NCBI GenBank assembly: GCA_002269645.1
Contig: NIVC01000543.1
Coordinates: 310,001 to 374,000 of the forward strand
Origin: Macrostomum lignano
Taxonomy: Eukaryota
Reading direction: 5' to 3'
DNA length: 64,000 nt
The notes beneath the pieces were generated by a model, which ran no database searches, had not been told where the DNA came from, and saw nothing but the letters and a program-made list of their open reading frames with translations. Below, in pieces: positions 35,373 to 45,920 of the stretch; position 1 is the stretch's first letter; each line of letters begins with the position of its first letter. Position numbers and translations under genes: made by a program.

Positions 35373-36758
35373 TAGGGTGTGAGTGTGGGTTGTGCTGGGG
35401 GTGCAGGCCCTGTCGTGCGGGTCCGGTTGTTCGTCTCCCTGTCCCTGATGCTGGTGTGTGTATCGTATTTTCCGTCTTACTCGTATGCTGATGGGTTACC
35501 GTACGGGTGGTATGAGGGTTAGGTAGAGAGGCGGCCGGGAGACTGGAGGCAGGAGGCGCACGGTTGGCGAGCACCTGGTCGTCCAGCGTGGGCAGCCATA
35601 GCGGCGGCCGGGTGAGCAGCAGCGGCGTCCTCCACTGAACTGGTGGCCTCAGGCCGAGCAGGTTCCAGCGGACGCCAAGCGGTCACCGGGCAGAAGCTTA
35701 AATCTGGTTCCGCCGGCGCCAGCACCAGAACCCCGGACCCAGGCCAGCTGGCGAGAGTCAACGGCACAGGGACGAGAAAGGGCAGCCGGCTCTTCAGGGA
35801 TGTGCAGAGGGACGGTGCGGTGGGAAACGGTGACTAGCTCTGATCCTTTATCAATAAACCCTGTTGCGTCGTTCATCGTTAAATAATTGGTGTCGGAATT
35901 CCATAAATCTTGTTGCGTCATTAGCAGTCAAGGGTTTTTGCGTCGTCAATGGTCGAATTTTTGCGGCATCAAACGTTGATTCCTTTTGTCATCATTGGTT
36001 CATCTGTTTGTTTTATTTCGTGTTCAACCCCATCAATTTCATGTACGCGTGTTGTCAGTCATGTAGGGCTGGCAGGCTTTGAATCCGTCGCCCAAGTGCG
36101 GTACAGATTGTGCAGCTGTGTTGTCATTCGTTGTCATGCGTTTCTGTAATCTGCGTTACTGGCTCGTATGAACTTCTTCCTTTTGTTGGGAGGCGGGGTT
36201 TTGTGCTGTGCACTTTTACAGTGCCAGTGCACCTAGCCTCCCAGCGGGCTGAGTCACACCGTCAACTGTTTGCCTGCATTATTTTTTGTTATTACCCCCC
36301 CCCCCTTGCGTATGCCGCAGCCAGAGGCTTAAGTCAGTTTGGTTTTTTGGTTTTTGTTCGCTCGCCCCGCGTGGCGATTGGTCGCGGCCAGCCCAGGCGT
36401 GTAGTGATTGGCTGAGCCGGCGGCGGGCCTGGTGCTGCCGTCCCCGGGGGGGTTGGCTAGGGGTTGGTGGGGTGGTGGGGTAGAGAGCGCGTGGCCCTTC
36501 CCCCCTCCGCGGGCGTGTGCTATTTAGCATCGCTCGCGGCGGGTTGGAGCGATGCGCGGCTCGGCTATCCCCCCCCTCTCTTAGAACTCTGCATTCCGTC
36601 AGCGTTATACAGCCACCAAAGTTACGCTCGTACGACCTGAAAAGAAATATATCGAAAAGGCCACCTACTTGCACCGGCCCTGAGCGACCGCCGCTAGCTG
36701 AGTAAGTGCGCATTCTGCCTTCCTTCTTTCGGTTGCCTAGGGGGGGACAGAGAGTTCG

Positions 36759-37048
36759 TGTATCCTGACGCCGACTCAGCTCGATTAGAGGGAGACGTCA
36801 GAAGGGTACCTACTGTACGTACCTACGCCTTTACGCCAGCCAGTGCGTCCCGACGCCTCGCTGAAGGCGGCCCGCACCACTGCGTCCCGACGCGTGGGAA
36901 GGCTGCATGGGTGCGTCCTGACGCCCCAGACTGTCAGGGGAAGTGCTCGCCCTAGCGCCCGCGCGCAGGCTAAGCAAGGACCCGCTTGTACTCGATACTG
37001 TACCCTGTAGGACCACCCTACTGCCGGGCCGGGGGCTGCAGGGATACA
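36759..37048 (+). mobile_element. Unpaired LTR-like segment (290 bp)
   Basis: Inverted termini TGTATCC...GGATACA; purine run AGGGGGGGACAGAGAG just upstream (PPT-like); no TSD and no second copy in the window. Confidence 0.45.
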
Positions 37049-37483
37049 ACAGAATGTTTTCTATAAAAGAGAAATACAGGTGCTTAAGTATAGTTGCCGA
37101 ACTTACCATTTGAAAGATGCAAGTCTTGGTTGGCTTGCGACTGATAAGCTTCGTCTGATGGGCTTCTTTGGTACTGTTGTGTTGCTACTCAATGCGTGTG
37201 CGTAGTTGTGTGTACGTTCGATGTACATCTGTTAGCTATCGATCGCATTACAATATATGATATATAAGTGAGAGCGCGGTGAGTTTGAGAGCTTGAGAGT
37301 TTCGCCTACAAACTTGCAGACTGGCTGGCTTATTCATTCTACAACATTGGCGTCGCAAGCTAAAGCCAACACCCACCCCAATTAGCCGGGGTTGGAGTCA
37401 GTCTGAGTGAAGTGTCTGCAAAACACACGCCAAGCCAACACAAGTTGCTACAACAGCGCCAAACTGCAAAAGTGCAAACGAAA

Positions 37484-38833
37484 ATGGCAAGCGACAATTC
37501 CTCAACAGAAGCGCCGCGGATCAGCGTATCGCCGCCAGATCAGTTCCTGCCGCAGCCAGGCCGACCGACGAGGCCGTGGAAAGAGTGGAAGTCTCTGTTT
37601 GAGAATTACCTGCTGGCGGCCGGTTATGACACTCTGCCGGAGGCGAGGAGGCGTGCGCTGCTGCTGCACTGCCTGGGCGCTGAAGGCCAGCGAGTCTTCA
37701 CGGCTGTGGCGGCAACGAGGACTCCGGCTCCGACAGGATTCGCTGCGACAATCACGATTCTGGACGAGCAGTTCGGGGTCAAAGTCAACGTGGTGGCCGA
37801 GCGCCACAAGTTTCGGCAGCGCAGTCAGCGTCCCGGTGAAAAGATTGCGGACTTTGTGGCGGCCCTGTATGCTCTAGCTGGCTCATGTGAGTTCCGCGAC
37901 ATGATGGAAGAAATGATTCGGGACCAGATCGTGGAGAAGGTCAGCGACAGGCGAATTCGAGAGCGCCTGCTGATTGAGGACGGTCTGACCCTGCAGAAGG
38001 CCGTGACTCTGAGCCAGCAGTGGGAGACCAGCATCGCCGAGGCCGGCCTGATCGAGATGGGAGGCGCAGCTGCTTCCGGAGCCCAGCTGGGAGAAGAGGT
38101 GAAGAGAGTCCGACTGCAAGCCGACAGGAAAGACGGAGGTCAGAGGCGATCAGCGGATCGCGAGCGCTGCTCGAAGTGCGGAGGCGGACACACCAGCCGA
38201 ACTCGCTGTCCAGCTGAAGGCAAGATGTGCCATGTCTGCGGTCGGGCGAACCATTTCGGCCGGGTTTGCCGGTCGCAGGGAGCCAAGGTCGCCGAGGTCG
38301 TGGACGATAGCGACCACGCCGTGTACACAGTTCGCGGTGCTGCCAGCCCCGACATCCGCTGCCGGCTGAAGATGCAGGGCACCTGGCTGAATCTGCTCGT
38401 GGACTCTGGAGCCAAGGTATCCATTCTGTCGGAAAGGACTTTTAGAAAACTCGGGAACCGGGTGCCACTGCAGCCGTCGACCCAGAAGCTAATCGCGTAC
38501 AACGGCGAGGCGATCAGTGTAGTGGGCGAGGCAGTGCTTTCCGTCAACTACCGAGAACAGCAGGTGCCGTTTTTCTGCTTCACCGTGGTGCAACAAGGCT
38601 CTGATATCATGGGCGTGGACTTGATGCAGCACCTCAACTTCCAGGTGGTGGACAGGGACGGCGACCTGGTGCGCACAGTCGATAAAACAGCAGAGCTGCC
38701 GACCTGGCTTCCCGAGCGCTTCAAGCCTCTGGCGCAGGGGCTCGGGCGGATCCGAGGATTCGAGCACCGGCCCAGGCTGAACCCGGCCGTGCCTCCCGTA
38801 TCTGCCGCTCCGCCGTATTCCACTCAGCATTAA
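37484..38833 (+). CDS. gag-pro: Element A gag-protease (single frame)
   Basis: MASDNSS..., CSKCGGGH and CHVCGRANHF knuckles, LLVDSGAKVS protease. Confidence 0.85.
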   Translation: MASDNSSTEAPRISVSPPDQFLPQPGRPTRPWKEWKSLFENYLLAAGYDTLPEARRRALLLHCLGAEGQRVFTAVAATRTPAPTGFAATITILDEQFGVKVNVVAERHKFRQRSQRPGEKIADFVAALYALAGSCEFRDMMEEMIRDQIVEKVSDRRIRERLLIEDGLTLQKAVTLSQQWETSIAEAGLIEMGGAAASGAQLGEEVKRVRLQADRKDGGQRRSADRERCSKCGGGHTSRTRCPAEGKMCHVCGRANHFGRVCRSQGAKVAEVVDDSDHAVYTVRGAASPDIRCRLKMQGTWLNLLVDSGAKVSILSERTFRKLGNRVPLQPSTQKLIAYNGEAISVVGEAVLSVNYREQQVPFFCFTVVQQGSDIMGVDLMQHLNFQVVDRDGDLVRTVDKTAELPTWLPERFKPLAQGLGRIRGFEHRPRLNPAVPPVSAAPPYSTQH

Positions 38834-39873
38834 GGACAAGGTCCAGGCGGAGATCGACCAGCTGTTGGCAGATGACATCGTCGAGGAGATCCAAGCTTCC
38901 GAGTGGATTTCGAACCTCGTGATCGTCCCGAAGCCCGAAGGTAAAATTAGAATCTGCAACGACCTCAGGTGTCCAAACAAGGCTATAGTGCCGGATAAGC
39001 AGCCGCTGCCAACTTTCGAGCAGCTGACGACGGAGTTCAAGGGCTCGACCGTGTTCACGAAGCTCGATTTGAACTCGTCGTACCTGTAGCTGGAACTGGC
39101 GGAAGACCGGCGGGACCTAACGGCCTTCATCACGGAGAAAGGCCTTTACCGGTACAAGCGCGTCTGCTACGGCCTTAACAGCGCTCCAGCAGCCTTTCAG
39201 AAGGTGCTTAGTAAGATTCTCCACGGCTGTTTGGGGACGCTGCACTACATTGATGATATCGTGGTGCATGCTGCCAACGAGACGGAGCACCGGCGGCGGC
39301 TCACGGCAGTGCTGGACCGGCTGCTCGCCCATGGCGTTACGCTTAACACCGCCAAGTGCCAGTGGGCTGCAGAGTCCGTGCAGTTTCTGGGCTACATCGT
39401 CTCGGCGAGAGGCCTTCAGCCGATGCAGTCCAATGTGGAAGCCATCGAAGCGGTGCCGGAGCCTCAGAACACCGAGGCGGTGGCCTCATTTCTCGGAATG
39501 GTAAAGTTTTACTCGAACTTCCTACACAACTGTAGAGAGCGAAGCCGAGAGAGAGAAAGTTAAGTGTTGTGTGTAGCCGATAAAGCCTCAATCCATTGTA
39601 GGCTCTGTGCGATCGATTTATATATTTAGCAGCGACCCTGCAGTTGAGACTGCGTACATTAAAAACAGAAAGCCAAGAATATTGGATGTACATCGGAAAT
39701 GCACACCAGGACTAAAAACACTTATTATGCAAGCACTGGGCAGCAGGTGCCTACAATTCTCCCCAACCAGAGAGATCTCAGGGGATAAAAAAAACGAGCT
39801 CAATTACTCAGTTACTACCGGCCCAAACCCCAAAGCAATCAAAGCGGCCCGCCCACGCACAAAAACCCTAGGA

Positions 39874-42800
39874 TCACAATTTGTAGCTGAGCACTCTGTT
39901 ACGGGCAGCTCTTGGATGTTCTCGCGTGGCGATGCTACCGCTGGGTAGACCGGCGGGCTCTCCGGCAGGTTGGCCGGCAGGTTGGCCGGCAGGTTCGCCG
40001 GCAGGTTGGCCGGCAGGCTCTCCGGCAGGCTGGCCGGCAGGCTGGCCGGCAGGCTGGCCGGCAGGCTGGCCGGCAGGCTGGCCGGCAGGCTGGCCGGCAG
40101 GCTGGCCGGCAGGCTCTCCGGCAGGCTGGCCGGCAGGCTCTCCGACCAGGGGCCGCAGCTGCGAGACGTGGCGCATGCAGGACTGTTCGCCGCGTTGCAG
40201 GACACACGTGTCTCCCTGGACCTGCTTGACTGTCCAAGGATGTGGCTCGAACGGCAGCTGCAGTTTGTTACGTGGCTGCTTCTTTCGCAGAACTTTGTTG
40301 CCGACTCTGACGCCGTGCTCCTTGACACCCTTGCGATCATCGAAGCGCGCCTTCATGTCTTGGACATAGTTTCTGTGCCAGCTCTGCACCTCTTCATGGT
40401 TAACGTCGATGAGCTGTGATGGTTTGATGGTCGGGATGCCGTTGTTCATCGTCCTGCCCATGAGTAGCTCAGCAGGTGCGCGGCCGGTCGCTCGATGTGG
40501 TGTCGTGCGGAACGCCAACAGCCAGTCCTCGATAGCCTCCCGCCAGTTACGACCTTCGGCCACTGCCGTCTGAATCACTTTCCCGATGCTGCGGTTGACT
40601 CGCTCCGTCGCTCCATTGGATTCTGGGTGCAGCGGGCAGATGAGGCGGTGGTGAATGCCGTACGAAGCGAGGAAGCTGCGGAAAGCTGCCGAGCTGAATG
40701 GCGGGCCGTTGTCGGTGACCACCTCAATCGGGACGCCGTATCTGCCGAACAGCCTCCGCAGGTGGGGGATCACGCTCTCCGCCGTCGTCGAGTTGAGAAA
40801 ATTGACTTCTGGGTATTTTGAATACAAGTCGGTGGTGACCAGGAGCATCTGGCCCTGCACTGGGCCGTAGAAATCCATACCTAGTAGCAGCCAGGCACCG
40901 TCCGGAATATCTGTCGGCCTCTGTCGCAATCCGGTGGCCGCAGCCTGGCACAGTGTGCAGCACTGGACGAAGAGCTCGCAGTCGCTGCGCATCCGAGGCC
41001 ACCACACCTTCGTCTGCAGGCGTTTAAGGGTGCGATCGGTGCCCAGATGACCGGTGTGCGCCAGTTGAAGGATCGGCCTGCGCAGCGACTCGGGGATGAC
41101 GATGAGGTCACCGCGGAGTAATACTCCGTCGCTTTCCGACAGTTCGCCGCTGATGGACTTGAAGGAGCGCTGGGCTGCCGCTCGCATGTCCCAGCGGCCG
41201 GTTCGAATCGCGTTCAGCGCCGCCTGGACGTCCCTGTCGGTGCGCGATGCTTCCCGAACCTGGTCGAGACTGAAGCCCTTTGGCACGGCCCCGGTCGACA
41301 CGGCGTTGGTGAAGGCGGCGTCGAGCTCTTCACCTACATTCCGACGCCGCTCTGGCAGTGGCTGCCGACTCAGCAGGTCAGCCGGGTTGGTCGAGCCTGG
41401 CCGGTAGAGCAGGTTGAAGCGGAGATGCTGAATGCGCAGTGCCATTCGCTCGATCCGCGGTGGCGGACGGGAGCCAGGCTTGAAAAGCGGCACGAGCGGT
41501 CGGTGGTCCGTCACCACGACGAAGTCTGGGTCGCCAGCCAGATAGTGCTCAAACTTGAGACACCCAAATTTGATGGCCAACGCCTCCCGCTCGATCTGCG
41601 CGTACCGCTGCTCCACCGGCGAGAGGGCTCTGCTGGCGTAGGCGACGGGTCTGCTGTTGCCGTCTGGCTGCCGCTGCGTGAGGATGGCGCCGAGGCCGAT
41701 CGGCGATGCGTCCACCAGGAGCTCCGTGTGCAGCCTGCGGTCGAAAAAGGCCAGCGTGTCCGCGTCTGAGAATGCCTTCTTGATGCCGTTAAACGCCGCT
41801 GTGTGTTTTTCTGTCCACTCCCAGGCTTGGCCCTTCTTCGTTAGCTGCCGGAGTGGGGCCGCGAGGTCAGCGAAGTTCGGGATGAACTTTGCCAGGAAGT
41901 TAGCGGTTCCCAGGAAAGAGCGGACGTCGGCCACGTTGGAGGGCTCTCGGAAGTTCTGCATGGCGTCAATTTTCTCGGTGGCCGGTTGCATGCCCCGGGT
42001 GGTCAGGCGCATCCCAAGAAACTCGACAGTCGGCCGGGCGAACCTGCACTTGTCCTGATTGAGGGTGATCCCGAACTCTCGGAGGCGCTGAAGGCAGGCG
42101 TCCAGCCTCTCATGGTGCTGCTTCAGGTCGGAGGCGTATACCACCACGTCGTCGTGCGCCCACCGGACGCCGTCGATGCCGCTGAGGATGCCAAGCATGA
42201 CTCGTTGAAGGATTTCCGAGGCATTTGTGAACCCCAAGCTGAGCCTCTTGAGCCGCATCAGTCCGAGGGGCGTGCTGAAGGTGAAGAGGTGACGGCTGCT
42301 CTCGTGGACTGGGATCTGATAAAAAGCCTTCCGGATATCGAGTTCGCTGAACAGCTTGGCGTCTGCCATTTCCTCGGTGATTTCATCCAGCGTGGGGATT
42401 TGCTGCTTCTCTGGGATGACGAAAGCGTTGAGATCACGGAGGTCCTGGCAGATTCGAACGCCACCGTCGTCCTTGGGCACCACCACCATGCGTGACACCC
42501 AGGCGCTAGGACCTTTGACTGCCTCAATGATGCCCTGCTCCTCCAAAGCCTTGAGCTCGTCAACTACGGCCTCTTTCAGGTGCGCCGCCACACGTGAGGG
42601 CGCCTGGCAGACTGGAACAGCGTCATCGGACAGCTGGATCTGGACCTCTACACCCTTGATGCAGCCGATGCCGTTGAAGACTTCTTTGTGCCTCTGCAGG
42701 ATGGCCTTGAGCTGGGGGTCGCTACACTGCTCGGAGGGTGTGGTGTCGGCGATGGCGTTTATGTTTTGCGGCTTGGTAGCTTCAGGTCGCTGGATCTTCA

Positions 42801-43200
42801 GCACTCCTAGCTTGAATGCGGGCTGACGCCCCAGTATCGTCAGGCCGTCGCCGTCCATGATGTGGAAGGTCGCGGTTGTTCTGGCAGATCCCACTTGGAT
42901 GTCAAGATCGGCGGTACCCACAATCCTGAGAGGTGTCGGTACCCCGTAGGCGCGAACTTCGGCTCTTGTTGGGCGTGGGCTTGGCAGGCTGAGCGCTCTG
43001 AAGGTGCCGAGACTCATGATACTGCAGCTGGCTCCGCTGTCAATCATCATGGGAAGCTGCCAGTTTGCCACCTGCACAGTCAGTGAGACGTCGGATGGGT
43101 ATTTGTCGCGGTTGTACAGCGCAAACACATCCTCGTTGACGGAGCCGTCGGCAGCTGTGAATACAGCATTGGTGCTGATTTGCTGCTGTGGAATCCGGCT
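39874..43200 (-). CDS. pol: Element B pol (PR-RT-RH-IN), uninterrupted, -1 frame relative to gag
   Basis: IDSGAS, RICQDLRDLN, AHDD, VDASPIGLG, HTGHLG..C..C, TDNGPPF; 1084-aa track ORF, frame open further upstream. Confidence 0.93.
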   Translation of the reverse strand, partial: SRIPQQQISTNAVFTAADGSVNEDVFALYNRDKYPSDVSLTVQVANWQLPMMIDSGASCSIMSLGTFRALSLPSPRPTRAEVRAYGVPTPLRIVGTADLDIQVGSARTTATFHIMDGDGLTILGRQPAFKLGVLKIQRPEATKPQNINAIADTTPSEQCSDPQLKAILQRHKEVFNGIGCIKGVEVQIQLSDDAVPVCQAPSRVAAHLKEAVVDELKALEEQGIIEAVKGPSAWVSRMVVVPKDDGGVRICQDLRDLNAFVIPEKQQIPTLDEITEEMADAKLFSELDIRKAFYQIPVHESSRHLFTFSTPLGLMRLKRLSLGFTNASEILQRVMLGILSGIDGVRWAHDDVVVYASDLKQHHERLDACLQRLREFGITLNQDKCRFARPTVEFLGMRLTTRGMQPATEKIDAMQNFREPSNVADVRSFLGTANFLAKFIPNFADLAAPLRQLTKKGQAWEWTEKHTAAFNGIKKAFSDADTLAFFDRRLHTELLVDASPIGLGAILTQRQPDGNSRPVAYASRALSPVEQRYAQIEREALAIKFGCLKFEHYLAGDPDFVVVTDHRPLVPLFKPGSRPPPRIERMALRIQHLRFNLLYRPGSTNPADLLSRQPLPERRRNVGEELDAAFTNAVSTGAVPKGFSLDQVREASRTDRDVQAALNAIRTGRWDMRAAAQRSFKSISGELSESDGVLLRGDLIVIPESLRRPILQLAHTGHLGTDRTLKRLQTKVWWPRMRSDCELFVQCCTLCQAAATGLRQRPTDIPDGAWLLLGMDFYGPVQGQMLLVTTDLYSKYPEVNFLNSTTAESVIPHLRRLFGRYGVPIEVVTDNGPPFSSAAFRSFLASYGIHHRLICPLHPESNGATERVNRSIGKVIQTAVAEGRNWREAIEDWLLAFRTTPHRATGRAPAELLMGRTMNNGIPTIKPSQLIDVNHEEVQSWHRNYVQDMKARFDDRKGVKEHGVRVGNKVLRKKQPRNKLQLPFEPHPWTVKQVQGDTCVLQRGEQSCMRHVSQLRPLVGEPAGQPAGEPAGQPAGQPAGQPAGQPAGQPAGQPAGQPAGEPAGQPAGEPAGQPAGQPAGEPAGLPSGSIATREHPRAARNRVLSYKL
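39950..40144 (-). repeat. 12-bp tandem repeat (about 16 units) encoding (G-Q/E-P-A)n at the integrase C-terminus of B
   Basis: CCGGCAGGCTGG-type units on + strand. Confidence 0.95.
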
Positions 43201-43988
43201 GCTGTTTGCCGAGGCTGACGGCAGGCAAGAGCGAGGTGGTTGGGCTTACCGCAGTTGTGGCAGATCTTGCCCTTGGCAGCGTCGCAGGTAGCGTGGCCTT
43301 TCTCGCCGCAGCGGTAGCAGGTGCGCTGCTGCTGGTCGCCGGGCCTGCTATTCGTCTGAGCCGGGCCACGCCTGTTCGTTCTCACCTTGTCGCCCTTGGC
43401 AACGCTGGCCACGTGCGAGTCTGTCTTCTCCATCTCCGTGGCTTGTTCCTCTGCAGCCTCGAATGCCCTCGCCTTTCGCAAGGCCTCTTCCAAGCTGATG
43501 TTCGCCTCCTGAAGCAGCCGCCTGCGCAGCTTGTCAGAGCTGCAGGTTGCCACGAGCTGGTCTCTGATGAGCGAGTCCTTCAGCTGCTCGAAGTCGCACG
43601 GCTCTGCCGCAGTGCGCAGTCTGGCGTACCAGGACTCGATGGACTCTCCGGTGGCCTGGGTGCATAGGCGGAACTGATATCTGGCGAATACTATGTTCTT
43701 TCTTCCGTTGAAGAATGTCTTCAAAGCGTCCAGCGTCTGCTTGAGGGTGACTTGGCCGTCCTCTGTGGCCGCTGCAGGCTTGGCCTCCTCGCGGATGATG
43801 TCGGCGATTTCCTTGCCTGCTGTGTAGCTGAGTAGTTTGCACTTTTGCTTCTCGTTGGTGATGCCTGATGCATCGATGAAGTCTTCAAAGCGGTCCGCCC
43901 ATTGACTCCAGCGCTTGCCCGCGTTGTGTGGGTCTGCTGATACTGAGAATGGCTCAGGTGGGGGCAGTGAGAGAAAGTTGGCTGCCAT
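43080..43988 (-). CDS. gag: Element B gag
   Basis: Starts MAANFLSLPPP at 43988; CYRCG..GH and CHNCGKPNH knuckles. Confidence 0.9.
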   Translation of the reverse strand: MAANFLSLPPPEPFSVSADPHNAGKRWSQWADRFEDFIDASGITNEKQKCKLLSYTAGKEIADIIREEAKPAAATEDGQVTLKQTLDALKTFFNGRKNIVFARYQFRLCTQATGESIESWYARLRTAAEPCDFEQLKDSLIRDQLVATCSSDKLRRRLLQEANISLEEALRKARAFEAAEEQATEMEKTDSHVASVAKGDKVRTNRRGPAQTNSRPGDQQQRTCYRCGEKGHATCDAAKGKICHNCGKPNHLALACRQPRQTAAGFHSSKSAPMLYSQLPTAPSTRMCLRCTTATNTHPTSH

Positions 43989-44355
43989 GATTTGTTTACC
44001 GCGCGGTAGGCGGCTTGCGACGCCACTGTAGAGAGCGAAGCCGAGAGAGAGAAAGTTAAGTGTTGTGTGTAGCCGATAAAGCCTCAATCCATTGTAGGCT
44101 CTGTGCGATCGATTTATATATTTAGCAGCGACCCTGCAGTTGAGACTGCGTACATTAAAAACAGAAAGCCAAGAATATTGGATGTACATCGGAAATGCAC
44201 ACCAGGACTAAAAACACTTATTATGCAAGCACTGGGCAGCAGGTGCCTACAACAACCTATCCGACATCGCCGAGCCGCTGCTGCAGCTACTTCGCAAGGA
44301 CTAGCCTTGGAACTGGACAGCGGACTGCCAGAAGGCCTTTTGGAGGCTTAAGAAG

Positions 44356-45920
44356 ATGGTAGTATCCCCAACGTGCCTGCGATTCTTCTGTCCCGACGAC
44401 AAGATAATCGTGGCCTGCGACAGCTCTGCGCACGCTCTGGGTGCCGTGTTGATGCAAGAAGACAGCGCTGGCGTTCGCAAGCCAGTTGCTTTCGCGTCGA
44501 GGACTCTGTCGGCGACCGAGCGCAAGTACTCCGCGTCAGAAAGAGAGGCGCTGGCATGTATCTTCGCCTGCGAGCGTTGGCACTACTTCCTGTTCGGCCT
44601 GAGATTCGAACTGCACACCGATCACCAGGCTCTGACGACGCTGCTGACGGCTCAAGGCAGCGGCCACCGACCTTTGCGGCTGCACCGATGGGCCGACCGC
44701 CTGCTCGCGTACGACTTCCAAGTGTGCCACGTTCCCGGCAAGAAGAACATCGTGCCCGACTTTTTGTCACGCCATGGCGCTTTCGGAGAAGATTGCGCTG
44801 AAGATCCGACCGAGCACCAGGTGAATGCCGTATTGTTATCGGGCGCGTTGGAGGTTGTCAGCGCAAGCGATTTGGCCGAGGCATCCCTGCAGGACCCGGT
44901 AATAAGCGAAGTAATAGCTCTGACGCTCCAGGGATGGCCGAGCTCCATCAAGCATCTGCGGTCGGAGTTGCAGCCGTTCTGGAGAATCCGAACGCAGCTG
45001 ACGGCCTGGAATGACGGCAAGTGCCTGGCCAACGGCACTCGAGCGGTGATCCCCGCATCCCTGAGGGAGAAGACGCTGCAGCTGGCACACTTCGGGCACC
45101 TCGGCGTGAGCAGAAGGAAGCAGCACTGTCGGGACGCCGTCTGGTGGCCGCAAATCGACCAGCACATTGAGGAGTTCGTGCGGCACTGCGAGGCCTGTCT
45201 GCTAAGCGAGAAGAATTTCAAGCCATCCAAGACGGTTCTGACCCCGACAAAGTGGCCGATGCGTCCATGGGAGGAGCTTCAGCTAGACATCTTTGGGGAG
45301 CTGCACTCGGCTCCGAACTCCTCCTACCGCTTCATCTTGGTGCTGTACGACTTGCACTCAAAGTGGCCGGAGGCTGCCTGCATGTCAACCATCACAAGCG
45401 CTGATGTCATCGACGCCTTGACAACGTGGTTTAGTCGTTGTGGGCTGCCGAAGAGTATCAACACAGATGGAGGGCCTCAGTTCGTGTCCGGTGATTTCGA
45501 GGATTTTCTCCGGCGCTGTGGCATCCAGCATCGGCAGTCGCCGCACTACCACCCTCAGGGCAACGTGGCGGTGGAGCGTTTCAACCGGTTTCTCAAGGAC
45601 GGCCTCAAGACGCACTTGGAGGAGGGCTATGACTTCAAGGACGCGGTGAAGGCACTGCTATGGTCGTACAGAGCCACCCCGCATGCACTAACTGGAGTTT
45701 CGCCGGCGGAGCTGATGACAGGCCGGAAGATCAGCACTCCCCTGACAGCCCTACAGCCAAGGACGGCAGCGTGGCACAGACTGGCGGCCGGCATCAAGCG
45801 GAAACAGCAGCGAGTTTTCAACCAGCTCAACTCGACCAGGAGACCCCCGCCGACTTTCATGGTTGGCGACTGGGTGCGGGTGAAGCGGCCGTTCGCCCGC
45901 GGCAAGCTAAGCAGCCGAGC
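44356..45920 (+). CDS. pol: Element A RNase H-integrase remnant
   Basis: ACDSSAHALGAVL, YSASEREALA, HFGHLG..C..C zinc finger, TDGGPQF, VERFNR. Confidence 0.85.

Larger units (their letters stand above)
39531..44251 (-). mobile_element. Ty3/gypsy LTR retrotransposon B (Mag-like), very young, nested in the RT/connection region of A
   Basis: 225-bp LTRs 39531-39755 and 44027-44251, identical by eye; TSD ACAAC (39526-39530, 44252-44256); PBS 44013-44025; PPT GGTTGGGGAGAAT; removing B rejoins A as NFLHN|LSDIAEPL. Confidence 0.97.

Noticed and set aside
39950-40144. CRISPR-like or satellite array (also 34068-34187)
   Set aside because: Contiguous 12-bp units with no spacers, inside retrotransposon coding frames
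43989-44189. N-terminal extension of track ORF 43080-44189 and its twin 39343-39693
   Set aside because: These read through the LTR; the gag start is at 43988
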